64,000 bases of DNA from a virus (lineage: Duplodnaviria; Caudoviricetes), in IMG/VR virus record IMGVR_UViG_3300011116_001227; one strand, written 5' to 3'. The translations under genes were made by a program, and so were the position numbers. The notes beneath the pieces are model-generated. The model searched no databases. It was not told where the DNA came from and saw only the letters and a list, made by a program, of their open reading frames with translations. Below are positions 28,077 through 38,272 of the stretch, one piece after another (position 1 is the first letter of the stretch; each line of letters opens with the position of its first letter).

Positions 28077-28349
28077 CTAGTCTTCGTGGGGAGGTTCTTT
28101 TCCTTCATTTCCTAAACGAACATATTCTTCTTTGATGTAGTCATCATCGGCCCACGGCATCTTGCGGACCATGTGATCATAGAACAGAGGATAATATCCG
28201 TATTTGGCAAGAATGGTGAGCCGAATAATATCTTCACCATTCAAACCAACTTCATCACCACTAGCATATTTCTGCACGGCTTTGATAACTGATCCAGCTA
28301 TCACGGTCCCAAATAAAAACTTCCCAATGGAACCTAGCTTCACCTTCAA
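28077..28349 (-). CDS. hypothetical protein
   Basis: 90-aa ORF with hydrophobic N-terminus. Confidence 0.5.
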   Translation of the reverse strand: MKVKLGSIGKFLFGTVIAGSVIKAVQKYASGDEVGLNGEDIIRLTILAKYGYYPLFYDHMVRKMPWADDDYIKEEYVRLGNEGKEPPHED

Positions 28350-28748
28350 TCACCTAAGACCGTAGAGACCACGTTTTCTGTCGATTGTGTTGAGATATTC
28401 AGAATTATTTACATCCTCAGGTTCAGAAGGACGCTCTATAGGTGAACGATATCCACGTGGATATTTAAATGCTAGATTCTCTAGATCTGTTTGGATAAGA
28501 CTGTTATAAGCATCTATTCCCTCGTCTCCGTATTTGACCTTAATATCATTTATGATTGGTTTCATTAATGTAGAATAAGATTCAACGGTACGAGTTGGAT
28601 CTTTTAATAAAGCAGCAATTTTATTTATATTCTCGTGACTTAAAATTATCTGCTTGACTTCTTCTCTAACGTCGACTTCATTTTCATTTAAAGACTTTGA
28701 AATCTCTTCTTTGATGATCTTGCGTAGTTGATTGACTGTAATTTTCAT
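28350..28748 (-). CDS. putative virion protein with MKIT leader
   Basis: MKITVNQLRKIIKEEISKSLNENE. Confidence 0.65.
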   Translation of the reverse strand: MKITVNQLRKIIKEEISKSLNENEVDVREEVKQIILSHENINKIAALLKDPTRTVESYSTLMKPIINDIKVKYGDEGIDAYNSLIQTDLENLAFKYPRGYRSPIERPSEPEDVNNSEYLNTIDRKRGLYGLR

Positions 28749-28785
28749 GAGTTGCTCTTTACAATAGATATTGTGTAGACTTCAA

Positions 28786-29298
28786 TTATAAACTAGAATG
28801 TCGTGTGAGATCTACGTCAGCTGTACCATTACCTAAATTTTTGACTGAAAATTGCACGTCTTCGTTCACGGCGAATGGATTAGAAACTGCAATTGCAACG
28901 ACTGGCACTGAATTAGTGTCAGCACAATGCGATATGACAATTAAATCTGCTATGGGAGAATTTGAGATTATTAATTTTTGTTTTTTCCCAGTATCAAATC
29001 TGACGGGAATATATGAAGATTCTGTTTCTTGACCGTCGATCTCTATCTTAATAGAATTTCCTGATTGATCTCCTGCTTGAGGATTCCAATAGGTGTCGAC
29101 AATCACTCTCATTGTTTTTCCAGATGCACCAGACATGATTATAGCAAAACCGTCCGGCCCTAATCCTTCTGAGTCTTCAGCTTTACCTTTAGACAATGAA
29201 AATGTGTATTCTACAGACCAAGGACGTTCTTTTACAATTCTAGACTTTTCTATCGCTTCTCTAATAATAGATCGCAACGCAGAAACTTTTATTTTCAT
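28786..29298 (-). CDS. L-type (legume/ConA-like) lectin-fold protein with MKI-LR-IIRE leader
   Basis: DGFAII and VIVDTYWNP resemble the ADGFAF and VAVEFDT.N motifs. Confidence 0.55.
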   Translation of the reverse strand: MKIKVSALRSIIREAIEKSRIVKERPWSVEYTFSLSKGKAEDSEGLGPDGFAIIMSGASGKTMRVIVDTYWNPQAGDQSGNSIKIEIDGQETESSYIPVRFDTGKKQKLIISNSPIADLIVISHCADTNSVPVVAIAVSNPFAVNEDVQFSVKNLGNGTADVDLTRHSSL

Positions 29299-29317
29299 GT
29301 CAAGTAACTATTAACAA

Positions 29318-29740
29318 TCAACCTGTTTTATTGACAGTTAATTTTACCTTAGCAACATTACCGTCTGGTAAGACAACAGTATCGTGTTCGATAAAAGAAA
29401 TTTCAGGTTCTTTAAAATCTAATTCATGAACTTCTTGAACTTGTGTCTCTGAATACCACTCTTTTGATTTTTTCTCAGCAGACTCAACCAACTTTGTAAT
29501 TTGAATAGTCGCACGATCGATCAAAGTTGTCTTTGCTGACTCAGCTGAAGTGAATATCTCACCATCGACTTCGTTCAATAGAACTGTTGTATTTTTATCA
29601 GATCCAGCTTGCAAATAATAGTTTACTTCTTCGCCCTTCAGGGTTTTTTTGGTGACAGTTTCGACTACTTGCATTGGATAAATCTGATGCTTTTTATTGA
29701 GAACAACAAAGACAACTTGACCAATATAATACATGCTCAC
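29318..29740 (-). CDS. hypothetical protein
   Basis: 140-aa ORF, YYIGQVVFV N-terminus. Confidence 0.55.
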   Translation of the reverse strand: MSMYYIGQVVFVVLNKKHQIYPMQVVETVTKKTLKGEEVNYYLQAGSDKNTTVLLNEVDGEIFTSAESAKTTLIDRATIQITKLVESAEKKSKEWYSETQVQEVHELDFKEPEISFIEHDTVVLPDGNVAKVKLTVNKTG

Positions 29741-30144
29741 TCCTCTTCGTCTGATTCGTTCTTTAAAAATCCGTACGACTCTCCAACACTAACCTCAGAT
29801 TCATTCTGACCAAGCATAAAAATTCCCATAGGCGGATGAGCAATTGGCACAATTGCATAATCAGGCGCTTCTTCGCCTATCGGCAACTTAGCTTCTACAC
29901 ATGCTCTTGATACTTTTTTCCACAAAGATGACTCTTCAAATTCTCTTTCCTCTGAAGAAGCAAGAGATTGACTAATTGTTTTCTTTGTTTCAGAAGGATA
30001 CAAGATACTCAACATATCTCTTAAGTGAATTAGTTCTAGACTAGTTAAACGTAACTCATACAATTCTTTACGTTTAATCTTTACTTCTTCATCAAGAGTT
30101 TTTTTAGATTGAGACTCTTTTTTATTTTGTGTCTTCTTTTTCAA
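29737..30144 (-). CDS. hypothetical protein
   Basis: 135-aa ORF coupled to its neighbours. Confidence 0.55.
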   Translation of the reverse strand: MKKKTQNKKESQSKKTLDEEVKIKRKELYELRLTSLELIHLRDMLSILYPSETKKTISQSLASSEEREFEESSLWKKVSRACVEAKLPIGEEAPDYAIVPIAHPPMGIFMLGQNESEVSVGESYGFLKNESDEEE

Positions 30145-30431
30145 GGATTGTCACTTCTTTCGTTGAGCGCTTCTAAGAATAAATCAAACGTGTCGCGATG
30201 AGCAACTTCATTTTGAATCTTAACAACTTTTAAAGCAGCCTGCAACGTCTTGATGTCAAGCTTGTCTGTATATTCTTCAATAACTTCCTTGCGGTCTCCC
30301 TTTAGAAGCTCAATTTCGTTATCGATTGTTTCAAGTTTTGTAACAAACTCTTTTACAACAGCCCGAAGCGCATTAATCTCATCGGGTTGAAGAAGAGCAA
30401 CATTGTAATTTTTTGCTTGCTTCTTTGGCAT
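30141..30431 (-). CDS. GapR/DUF2312/T4 DsbA-like DNA-binding protein
   Basis: LRAVVKEFVTKLETIDNEI..LKGDRKEV..E...LDIKTLQAALKVVK helical pattern. Confidence 0.6.
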   Translation of the reverse strand: MPKKQAKNYNVALLQPDEINALRAVVKEFVTKLETIDNEIELLKGDRKEVIEEYTDKLDIKTLQAALKVVKIQNEVAHRDTFDLFLEALNERSDNP

Positions 30432-30464
30432 GATTGAATATCATAACACGCCAAAACAAATTGT

Positions 30465-31733
30465 TCACAGTGACTTTAATTTCTCAAATGCAGCTGAGTA
30501 TTTTTCGTATTGTGGCGAGCCCTCGGGAAATTCTTGTTTTCTCTTGTTTAGCGTCGCCATAAAAATCTGCTTTGAAGAAGCTGCAATATTTCCGACAAGC
30601 TGTTTGATAGCTTTCTGTTTTTCTTCTGGATTTTTTATAGCTTCAATCTTTTTAATAGCTTCAATCCCTTCTTTTGATGCAATCTTTTTAAGCGCTTCAA
30701 GTGAATTTGTCTTTTTAATAATCATGTCTGCGAGAGCTTCTGCTTCTTCTAATGTCTCGTCTTCTACGGTTGATATCTTCTCGTAAATTTCTTTAAATTC
30801 TGGATTTTTCTTTACCAGACTTGAAATCTCTCGTCGTATTTCTTCGTTTTCAAGCATGTACTTCAAGAGTTCAATTTCATCAGAAGATACCTTCGAGTCA
30901 TCCTGCTCTAACAATAAAGAATTTGCTTTTAAGAGAGACTCTGTTTGATTATTAAGAGAATACTCTGGATAGTACGTCGGATTCAGATTCTGTGACGTCG
31001 GATTCTGTGTTTTTTTGCTTGCTGGTTTTGTTTTTTTAACTGGTTTTGTTTGAGCATCACTCTCGCGTTCTCTATCATATCCTCGAAGCTTTTCTATTAA
31101 AGAATTATTAAATTTTTCTATTTCTTCTTCACGTTTTCTTTTGTTTACCCTGTCATTATATTTCTCGCCAGAGAGAATCTTTTCTTGAAAATCCTTCCAC
31201 TTTGCTGAAGATTTTGAGATCGCAGTATCAGAAACGCCACCCGTTGCGACAGACAACAACTCTTTTGTTGCTGCAGGTGCTTTTAACACTGCTGCACTGC
31301 CCAAAATCAGACCAGGATTAAACATAAAAGAAAATAATTTTGCATCACCGCTTCCAAGCGCAGCATCTGTTCTTCTGAACACATCTGCATATTCATCTTT
31401 AATTTTTTTCATTTTTGCATCACGGGCATCAAAGATGTCGTCATATCTACTTCCTAAAACGGGAATTATTGTAGAAATAACGGCACGAAAAGCGACATGC
31501 AAGAGAGTGACTGCATCTGTTGTAATTCCTTTTACAGCAGCAACTGATGTTTTAAAAGCGTTTGTAAAAGGGCCTACAAACGTGTCCATTAAGCCGCCGG
31601 GTTGGATTCCCCCAATGCCTCTAGTACCCGCTGCTTCATCGTAGTAAGCTCCATATTCAGACTCATTCAGTCTGTTTAGACCTACAGCTCTACGAATATA
31701 TTCTCTTAATAGTCTTTCAGTTCGTAAATTCAT
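30465..31733 (-). CDS. putative virion protein
   Basis: LLREYIRRAVGLNRLNES leader variant; 422 aa helical. Confidence 0.55.
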   Translation of the reverse strand: MNLRTERLLREYIRRAVGLNRLNESEYGAYYDEAAGTRGIGGIQPGGLMDTFVGPFTNAFKTSVAAVKGITTDAVTLLHVAFRAVISTIIPVLGSRYDDIFDARDAKMKKIKDEYADVFRRTDAALGSGDAKLFSFMFNPGLILGSAAVLKAPAATKELLSVATGGVSDTAISKSSAKWKDFQEKILSGEKYNDRVNKRKREEEIEKFNNSLIEKLRGYDRERESDAQTKPVKKTKPASKKTQNPTSQNLNPTYYPEYSLNNQTESLLKANSLLLEQDDSKVSSDEIELLKYMLENEEIRREISSLVKKNPEFKEIYEKISTVEDETLEEAEALADMIIKKTNSLEALKKIASKEGIEAIKKIEAIKNPEEKQKAIKQLVGNIAASSKQIFMATLNKRKQEFPEGSPQYEKYSAAFEKLKSL

Positions 31734-31762
31734 ACTTGCGTAAATATAACAGTGAAGTTCAT

Positions 31763-32176
31763 TTATTGATTTAACATAATCAGCGCAGAATTGATTACAG
31801 ATTGCTGATATGCGTAAATTGGCGGAAGACTGTCGACATTAAACCACCTAACATCAGCGACTTCGCTGTGCTTGTGATCACAACGCGGAGACGAATTACA
31901 CTTTTGTATCGCGAGGTAAGGAACAACTACTTTTTCAAATTTCTTTTTTCTAAGAACAACGTAGGGAAGTCTGTTGACTATTTGAATTTTTATTCCTGTT
32001 TCTTCGCGGACTTCTCGACAAGCCGTCTGCATGTGAGTTTCACCCGGCTCTGTATGGCCTTTTGGAATTCCCCATGCAACATCTTGCTGGCGTTGCTTGA
32101 CGAGTAAGATCTGTAAATTTGGCGCAAATCTATAGACAACAGCACCGCAAGAAATAGTTACATCGGACATGTTCAC
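31763..32176 (-). CDS. Nudix hydrolase
   Basis: PKGHTEPGETHMQTACREVREETG Nudix box. Confidence 0.9.
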   Translation of the reverse strand: MNMSDVTISCGAVVYRFAPNLQILLVKQRQQDVAWGIPKGHTEPGETHMQTACREVREETGIKIQIVNRLPYVVLRKKKFEKVVVPYLAIQKCNSSPRCDHKHSEVADVRWFNVDSLPPIYAYQQSVINSALIMLNQ

Positions 32177-32709
32177 ATCTTAATGTGCGAACACGACAAA
32201 TAAATCTCTTTGCTACATTCACGAATAGAGTCAGGAAGCATTTTAGAAAAATTCTGGCAGTCTTTTTCTAATAAAAACTGACGCATCTTAGAAGCACTAA
32301 TATCAGGTGTTTCTTTTCCTCTAACGAGTCCTACTGCGCTAATTTTCTTTCTAGCGAATAGATTAGGAACATATCGATTTAGTGCGATGTCGCTGTATTT
32401 TTCTGAATCTTTTTTATCAGCATATATTGTGTATTTATTTTCACAATTAACTTCTTCTGCCGCTTGTAGTTCTTGCCACATTTTAAGAACGGGCGTTGTG
32501 CTTGGGATCAACAACACGTTGTCTGGCATTGTTTTTTTAACGAATTTCTCAATAATCATTGCTGCTATTTCGCCAGTGATGTTGTCGCGCTTCGAAGCAG
32601 TAGAATAAAAAACTCTTACAACATCATTCTCTTTAGAAGCAAGTCTAATAATCGCATCATGGCCTGAATGATACGGTTTAAAACTTCCCGACACAAATCC
32701 AATTCGCAT
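32173..32709 (-). CDS. HIGH-family nucleotidyltransferase (cytidylyltransferase-like)
   Basis: GSFKPYHSGH and ISASKMR motifs. Confidence 0.8.
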   Translation of the reverse strand: MRIGFVSGSFKPYHSGHDAIIRLASKENDVVRVFYSTASKRDNITGEIAAMIIEKFVKKTMPDNVLLIPSTTPVLKMWQELQAAEEVNCENKYTIYADKKDSEKYSDIALNRYVPNLFARKKISAVGLVRGKETPDISASKMRQFLLEKDCQNFSKMLPDSIRECSKEIYLSCSHIKM

Positions 32710-32712
32710 AAT

Positions 32713-33927
32713 TTATTTTCCAGCTACTTGACCTCTGTTGTACTTAAACAGGCCTAAGATCTGTCCTACCGCTGCGAAATTACCTGTAAACTTGTAAGCA
32801 TTTCCTTTGTAGACAAAAACAACTCCTTCTACGGGAGTTTTGATGCTATCTATAGATCCAAGCTTATTTAATTGCTCTTCAAGAATATGACTGGCGATAG
32901 GATCGCCAGAAGATTGAACTTCTTGAATCTTTGCTTCGACAGAGGACTTAATTCTATTGACTTCTACGTCGGCATTTGAAACCAACGAAGACTGTAAGCC
33001 TTTTAAAATTTCAATAGACAGTTTGCTAATTGCTCGCTCTATTGGACGAACATGTTCTCTAAACAGCTTGGGAGAATTCTCTACAAATTGTCTTACTAAA
33101 ACATATTCTGATTTATCAACGTATTTTTTAATATCATTCAGCGTAGGCGAGAATTCTTCTCCCATGCATCTCGACACTATCATCTCTGAGACACGCGGTG
33201 ACAGCCTGAGATCTAACGCATTTTCTTCTATCATTGATCGAAGATAATCTCCGATCGTGTTCGAGTCAGAAACACCCGCTCTTCTCATGACCTGATTAAT
33301 CATTTCAGTTGTTTCTCTCAAGACGCTCCCGTCAGATAATTTTTGAAATCTGACAATCTTCGGACCACAAATTTTCCAAGAAGAATTAGAAATTGCACGC
33401 TGCATCTTATTCACATTTTCGATGAGAACATCGACTTCGGCGGGTGCTTCAATTACAATTACTTTGTCTTTGACGACAGTTTTTACTGGCAGCTTATGAA
33501 AAGCAACAGCATTACAATCGTAATTAACTACATTCGGGCTTTGCGTGTAGATTACTTCCGCAGAATACCAGCGATTTTTTGATTCCCCAAAAATTCTTCG
33601 TTTATCAGCTGAAGACAACGTGCTTAATGCGCCTTTAAGAACTTTAAATGCATTGTTAAATGCCTCAGAGACATGAGCTCTTTCTTTAAATTTCTCAGAA
33701 AGATCTTTCTCGCTCATCCCGCCTCGCTTTATGTCTCCGTCTGCTCGAGCGACGCGCAAAGAATTTTCAAAGCAATCCCACGTAAACATGAGATTCATTC
33801 CATCAAATTTTTCAGTTGTTTCTTCTAAACGACCTGCAGCTGCAGCTTTTAAAACTTGCTTCAGATCTTTAAATGTGAGTTCTCTATTCTCATAGAGATG
33901 TTGAAGATGTCCGGAGGCGCCGCCCAT
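32713..33927 (-). CDS. ATP-dependent ligase-like nucleotidyltransferase-fold protein
   Basis: GHLQH, TEKFDG (motif I), EGVVF (motif IV), YKFTG (motif V). Confidence 0.55.
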   Translation of the reverse strand: MGGASGHLQHLYENRELTFKDLKQVLKAAAAGRLEETTEKFDGMNLMFTWDCFENSLRVARADGDIKRGGMSEKDLSEKFKERAHVSEAFNNAFKVLKGALSTLSSADKRRIFGESKNRWYSAEVIYTQSPNVVNYDCNAVAFHKLPVKTVVKDKVIVIEAPAEVDVLIENVNKMQRAISNSSWKICGPKIVRFQKLSDGSVLRETTEMINQVMRRAGVSDSNTIGDYLRSMIEENALDLRLSPRVSEMIVSRCMGEEFSPTLNDIKKYVDKSEYVLVRQFVENSPKLFREHVRPIERAISKLSIEILKGLQSSLVSNADVEVNRIKSSVEAKIQEVQSSGDPIASHILEEQLNKLGSIDSIKTPVEGVVFVYKGNAYKFTGNFAAVGQILGLFKYNRGQVAGK

Positions 33928-34212
33928 TTATTCCTCGTCTTTTTCGTTCAATTGTAGCGCTTGTGAAGCTCTTCTTGCAGACTTGAGCTCTTCTTTAAGC
34001 TGTCTCACAACAGAACCCCAATGATATCTTCTTACTGATCCACGTGGGTATTTATCACGCCACTGCGTAGCATATGATACTCGATCTTCGAGATCAGAAA
34101 TATGTGTTTCACATCCCCAGCGAACTTTACGATTTCCTGTTATCTCTGCTTCACGAATTCTGCTTTCTATGAGTATAACACGTATATACTCCTTCAGATC
34201 ATTAATTTTCAT
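33928..34212 (-). CDS. hypothetical protein with leader variant
   Basis: MKINDLKEYIRVILIESRIREAE. Confidence 0.55.
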   Translation of the reverse strand: MKINDLKEYIRVILIESRIREAEITGNRKVRWGCETHISDLEDRVSYATQWRDKYPRGSVRRYHWGSVVRQLKEELKSARRASQALQLNEKDEE

Positions 34213-34397
34213 TACATTTTCTCCAGTGCGTTCTGCATTGATTTTGCTAGAAAATATTTGACTTGTGACGCAGTTGGGGTTTGATCAGCATTTAAACCAA
34301 AAGCCAATTTAATTTGTTCTAATAAATTTGAAGACATTTCAATCGTTGCAATGTCGCCAGAGCTTAAAACAATATCAATAGTTTCGGCTGATTTCAT
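34212..34397 (-). CDS. hypothetical protein
   Basis: 61-aa ORF in the operon. Confidence 0.45.
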   Translation of the reverse strand: MKSAETIDIVLSSGDIATIEMSSNLLEQIKLAFGLNADQTPTASQVKYFLAKSMQNALEKM

Positions 34398-34400
34398 AAT

Positions 34401-35030
34401 TCACTTCTTTTTAGCAGTTATTGGAACAGGTCCTTTTGTGTCTTCGGCGGGTGTTTTCTTTTCACCATCATCCTTCACTGGATTCATTTTAATAACAACT
34501 GGCTTAATTGTTCTTCTTTTTACTGCAGGTTCTTTTTCCATCGTGACTTCTGAAGGATTGTCCGACGGCTTTATTACGTTAGCAGCTTTAATTTCGCCAG
34601 TGACGATCTGAGAAAGCGCTTTTAAAAAAGTTAGAAGAGCTGATTTTTCTGCTTTGTCTAGCCCTTTGATGTACTCCTCCATCTTATTTTTAATTTCTTC
34701 TTCTTTGAAAGATTTTCCTGCTCGAATAGTGTTAAGCTTTTCGATCACATCTTCTGAAGTGATGTCTCCTGACTTGAGCTTTTCATTTTCTTCTTCGTCG
34801 TTGATCTTGACACTTTTGTCTGACGCACCTGTTAACTTTTTTTCTTCTTCGCTAGTAGACGCTGAAGATGAAGTTTTATCCTCTGTTGATTTGTCGTCAA
34901 AAAGATCTCCTCCTTCAGACAATCTCGAAGATTTAGAATTTTTCTTAGCTGTTTTTAAGCTCTCATTGACTATATCACCAATGATATCGGAGATAGAACG
35001 CTTTGTTTTTAAAGCTTGCATTGAACACAC
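34401..35030 (-). CDS. hypothetical charged protein, possible virion component
   Basis: IIGDIVNES, RLSEG; K/E-rich. Confidence 0.55.
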   Translation of the reverse strand: MCSMQALKTKRSISDIIGDIVNESLKTAKKNSKSSRLSEGGDLFDDKSTEDKTSSSASTSEEEKKLTGASDKSVKINDEEENEKLKSGDITSEDVIEKLNTIRAGKSFKEEEIKNKMEEYIKGLDKAEKSALLTFLKALSQIVTGEIKAANVIKPSDNPSEVTMEKEPAVKRRTIKPVVIKMNPVKDDGEKKTPAEDTKGPVPITAKKK

Positions 35031-35040
35031 CTCAGTTTAA

Positions 35041-35469
35041 TTATTGATCAATTTTAATTAGTTCGATGCAGAGTGTGCATTGATTGTGTCTGTAATCAAA
35101 ATTTGACATTTCTTTAAGCGAAATACGAAAAGGACCTTCAACGGCACAGGTCTTAGACAAAAAGTTAAGAGAGTATTTGGGGCAGGTACAGATATTTTGA
35201 TTTTTTGTTATCGAGAATATTTCATAAGAATCTAAGATAGAAGCCTTAAAACTTAATTCTACACAATTGTCTTTAGCATCTCTATTAAATTGTGTAAGCG
35301 GACCATCGATAGAAGACAATTGACTGTCATGATCAAAAATAATTTCTACAGATAAAGACGAATCGATACTCAATTCTATGTCTAAATCTTGATTATTTTC
35401 TTGTAAGTCTAAATGACCTTTTAGCGCTTCGCTTACTAAGACTCGTGTTTTATTTTCATCTAAAATCAT
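35041..35469 (-). CDS. hypothetical protein
   Basis: 142-aa ORF. Confidence 0.5.
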   Translation of the reverse strand: MILDENKTRVLVSEALKGHLDLQENNQDLDIELSIDSSLSVEIIFDHDSQLSSIDGPLTQFNRDAKDNCVELSFKASILDSYEIFSITKNQNICTCPKYSLNFLSKTCAVEGPFRISLKEMSNFDYRHNQCTLCIELIKIDQ

Positions 35470-35837
35470 TGTTCTGGAATGAGAACTACGTCTTTGTAGA
35501 CACTATCAGCATGCTTTGCATATTCTTTATCGAGTTCAGTCACACTTTTAATATTTTTTGTTTGAAGCATCAAAACGACATTATCTTCTTCTATAATAAA
35601 TTTTGCATGATGACCTACGTCTTGCTCGTAATTAAGAAGCTGTTTAATAAAGTCGTTTCGGTGTTGAACTACACGAAAATCATACTTTTTCACATAATAC
35701 TCTTGCGATTTCTTCCAACTATTCATTGGAATGACAGGAAGAGATGCCTTCACAGGATCAATTGGCAACGAGCCTTTTATCATTGGCGTTCTAGCATTAC
35801 TAATAAAATTCTCGTGAAGGCTTGCAATAGATTTCAT
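35466..35837 (-). CDS. pterin-4-alpha-carbinolamine dehydratase-like protein
   Basis: W...KKYDF...F...GHHA...LQT...VTELD..A..D pattern. Confidence 0.65.
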   Translation of the reverse strand: MKSIASLHENFISNARTPMIKGSLPIDPVKASLPVIPMNSWKKSQEYYVKKYDFRVVQHRNDFIKQLLNYEQDVGHHAKFIIEEDNVVLMLQTKNIKSVTELDKEYAKHADSVYKDVVLIPEQ

Positions 35838-36592
35838 AGTAGGACATAACCTCCCACCACAGCAGAATCGTTAAAGTTAGATCCATGCGACCAGATCTTT
35901 AATTTTCGATCAATTATGCAAGATCCGCCTTTATATTCCATGTCTCTTTCTTTGCCTACTCTATTAGAAACAATTACATTTGCTCCTATCTCTTCAGAGA
36001 GTTCTACCCAAGAGCTGTCTGGGAATCCATAGTCTGGTCCCCAATTTGTTAAAAGTGCTAGTGTATCTACAGAGCCATGCTTATAATATCTGTTGTTCTC
36101 TTGATAGAATTTATACGTGTCTCTGTAGTTGTTCATAGCATCACGACAAATAAGAACACCTAAACGTCCCGCTCTAGTAACAACTACAGGCATTAAATTT
36201 TCTGCTGGACTTGCCCACATATAGTCACTTCCCCACAAATTGTGCTTTTGACAAGTCGTGACTAGTCCACTAGGTCCAACAATTGCAGCAGAATTGTATA
36301 ATTTTCCTTCTTTTAGCTCAACAAATCCAAAAATAATATGAACATTAAATTTTTTAGCAATTGGAACAAATGCCTCTGTTTGGTAGCCGTTCGCCGTCTG
36401 AGAACATTTTGCAGCTTCGTAATCACTTCTAAGAACATAACCGCTAATGCAGAGTTCGGGCAAAACAATTACAGAAGCACCTTTTGCTGCAGCTTCAAAT
36501 GCAAGCTGCTGTGCTACACGCAGATTATGATACACGTCTAGCAATTTAGGTTCAAATTGAACTGCAGCAACGATTTGTTTTTGTTGTTCCAT
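35834..36592 (-). CDS. carbon-nitrogen hydrolase (nitrilase superfamily)
   Basis: VLPELCISGY, YNSAA, QKHNL, LICRD (E-K-C triad). Confidence 0.88.
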   Translation of the reverse strand: MEQQKQIVAAVQFEPKLLDVYHNLRVAQQLAFEAAAKGASVIVLPELCISGYVLRSDYEAAKCSQTANGYQTEAFVPIAKKFNVHIIFGFVELKEGKLYNSAAIVGPSGLVTTCQKHNLWGSDYMWASPAENLMPVVVTRAGRLGVLICRDAMNNYRDTYKFYQENNRYYKHGSVDTLALLTNWGPDYGFPDSSWVELSEEIGANVIVSNRVGKERDMEYKGGSCIIDRKLKIWSHGSNFNDSAVVGGYVLL

Positions 36593-36613
36593 TTCTATTA
36601 ATTTAAACTTAGA

Positions 36614-38272
36614 TTATTTGTTTTTTCTATACTCGATATCAAGATCGCTAGGCTCATCCAAAGTTCCCAGATTTTTGACTTCAGACTCTAATTTCTGTTT
36701 AGCTTCTTCAAAAACATCAAGTCTAAGTTCTGGATCATTTGGGTCCGTTAATTTGTCTTTATACGGCTGAGCAAACACCTTAAAGAATTTTAAATCTTTA
36801 AGAATTGCAGGTTCGCTTTGAAGCATTGCGATGTCAGTATCACTAAATGTTCCTTTTAGTCCTTTTGTTTCTTTTAGATAACTTAAAAAGTCTTTTATTG
36901 CAATTGCTACAGAAAAATATGCTGCTGGTTTTTTCTTAAGCTTAAAGTAGTCGTCATCTTTTAAGTCCGACTCAGACTTCTTTAATAAACTTTTTTTGCT
37001 TAAATCAGCAATTTTTGCTCTGAGCAAATCAAAGTCCTTGATGTCTTTAAAATCATTATCTACGAGATCGCTGATTTGATCAAGTGTTAATTCACTAGTC
37101 TCTTGAATTAGTTGCTTAAGAAGATCTGATGTGTATGGTTGTAAAAAGTATCTAAATGATGCAAGATCTTCAATCTGCTCTGGCTTGAGCTTAAGCAGCT
37201 TAATGTCTTTCTCGGTAAAGACTCCATTTAATCCATCAGTATCTTCAAGACAATCTATAAAATCATCGGCAGCAAGTTTAATCAACGCATCATTTACAAT
37301 AGGCAAAGAAAGAGCAACAGGACGCGCCCCTGCAAGGCCGGATTCTTCAGCAGCTCTTACTTCACCTTGTGAAAGATTAAGTGCTTGTTCAATATCACTT
37401 CTTGCAGTTCCTTCTTGACCTGCAGTCTTATTAAATTTGACATTTTTAGGATGTAACTTGCCACCTGCAGCATTTGCTAAATCAGAAACTTTAGCTGCAT
37501 AAGCTTTATTTGCTTCTTTGCTGTTAACTGCTGCATCAAAATTAGATCCAATTAACTCTGCAGATTTGCCTGGCGTGTTATTTTTTAAATAACGTGTAAC
37601 ATTTTTAAGAGTGTTGGCTGGATCTGACTGTTTGACGGCGTCTTTGTTGATTATTCGAATTATATCCGCCACCAAACCATCAGCTTTACCTGCAACTGCA
37701 GATTTTAATTCTTCACCCTCTAGATCAGCTGCAGATTGTGAACTCGCCTTTAGTCCTTTTCCAGCTGCAATGAATTCTGCACTTTTAGGATTAAACTTTG
37801 TAATGTCAGCTGATTGTGCAATCTTAGGCGCAGGAGATGATCCTTTCCAAACTAGTTTTCCTGATGTATCTTTTTCCCAGTACTCAGACAGTAAAATTTT
37901 TCTAACATTGTGTCTAATTGATTCTTCAACACTACGATTCTTGTCTTTCATCTCTTTCTCCTCATCACGTAATTTCTGTATTGACTTTTTAATTAGATCG
38001 TATACTTTTGGTATTTCTACATCTTCAAGATCTGTAAGTGCAGCCAAAACTGATAACTTTAACTCTTTTTTATTTGAAGGAACGAACTTTTCGTTCGTAG
38101 GATCTACGGCAGCTGCTGATGGATCAACAATATCCGAAATATTGACGGGATCTTCGACAGAAGACAAAGGATCTTTATCAAATCTAGATATGACAGAAGC
38201 ACCAGTTTTCATCATTGATTGCATTTTATCATTCCTCTTTTTTTGAAACTCTGTCAGTCCAGCGTCTTCCAA
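36614..38272 (-). CDS. large hypothetical protein
   Basis: 552-aa ORF; internal IRHNVRKILLSE resembles the leader motif. Confidence 0.6.
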   Translation of the reverse strand: MEDAGLTEFQKKRNDKMQSMMKTGASVISRFDKDPLSSVEDPVNISDIVDPSAAAVDPTNEKFVPSNKKELKLSVLAALTDLEDVEIPKVYDLIKKSIQKLRDEEKEMKDKNRSVEESIRHNVRKILLSEYWEKDTSGKLVWKGSSPAPKIAQSADITKFNPKSAEFIAAGKGLKASSQSAADLEGEELKSAVAGKADGLVADIIRIINKDAVKQSDPANTLKNVTRYLKNNTPGKSAELIGSNFDAAVNSKEANKAYAAKVSDLANAAGGKLHPKNVKFNKTAGQEGTARSDIEQALNLSQGEVRAAEESGLAGARPVALSLPIVNDALIKLAADDFIDCLEDTDGLNGVFTEKDIKLLKLKPEQIEDLASFRYFLQPYTSDLLKQLIQETSELTLDQISDLVDNDFKDIKDFDLLRAKIADLSKKSLLKKSESDLKDDDYFKLKKKPAAYFSVAIAIKDFLSYLKETKGLKGTFSDTDIAMLQSEPAILKDLKFFKVFAQPYKDKLTDPNDPELRLDVFEEAKQKLESEVKNLGTLDEPSDLDIEYRKNK

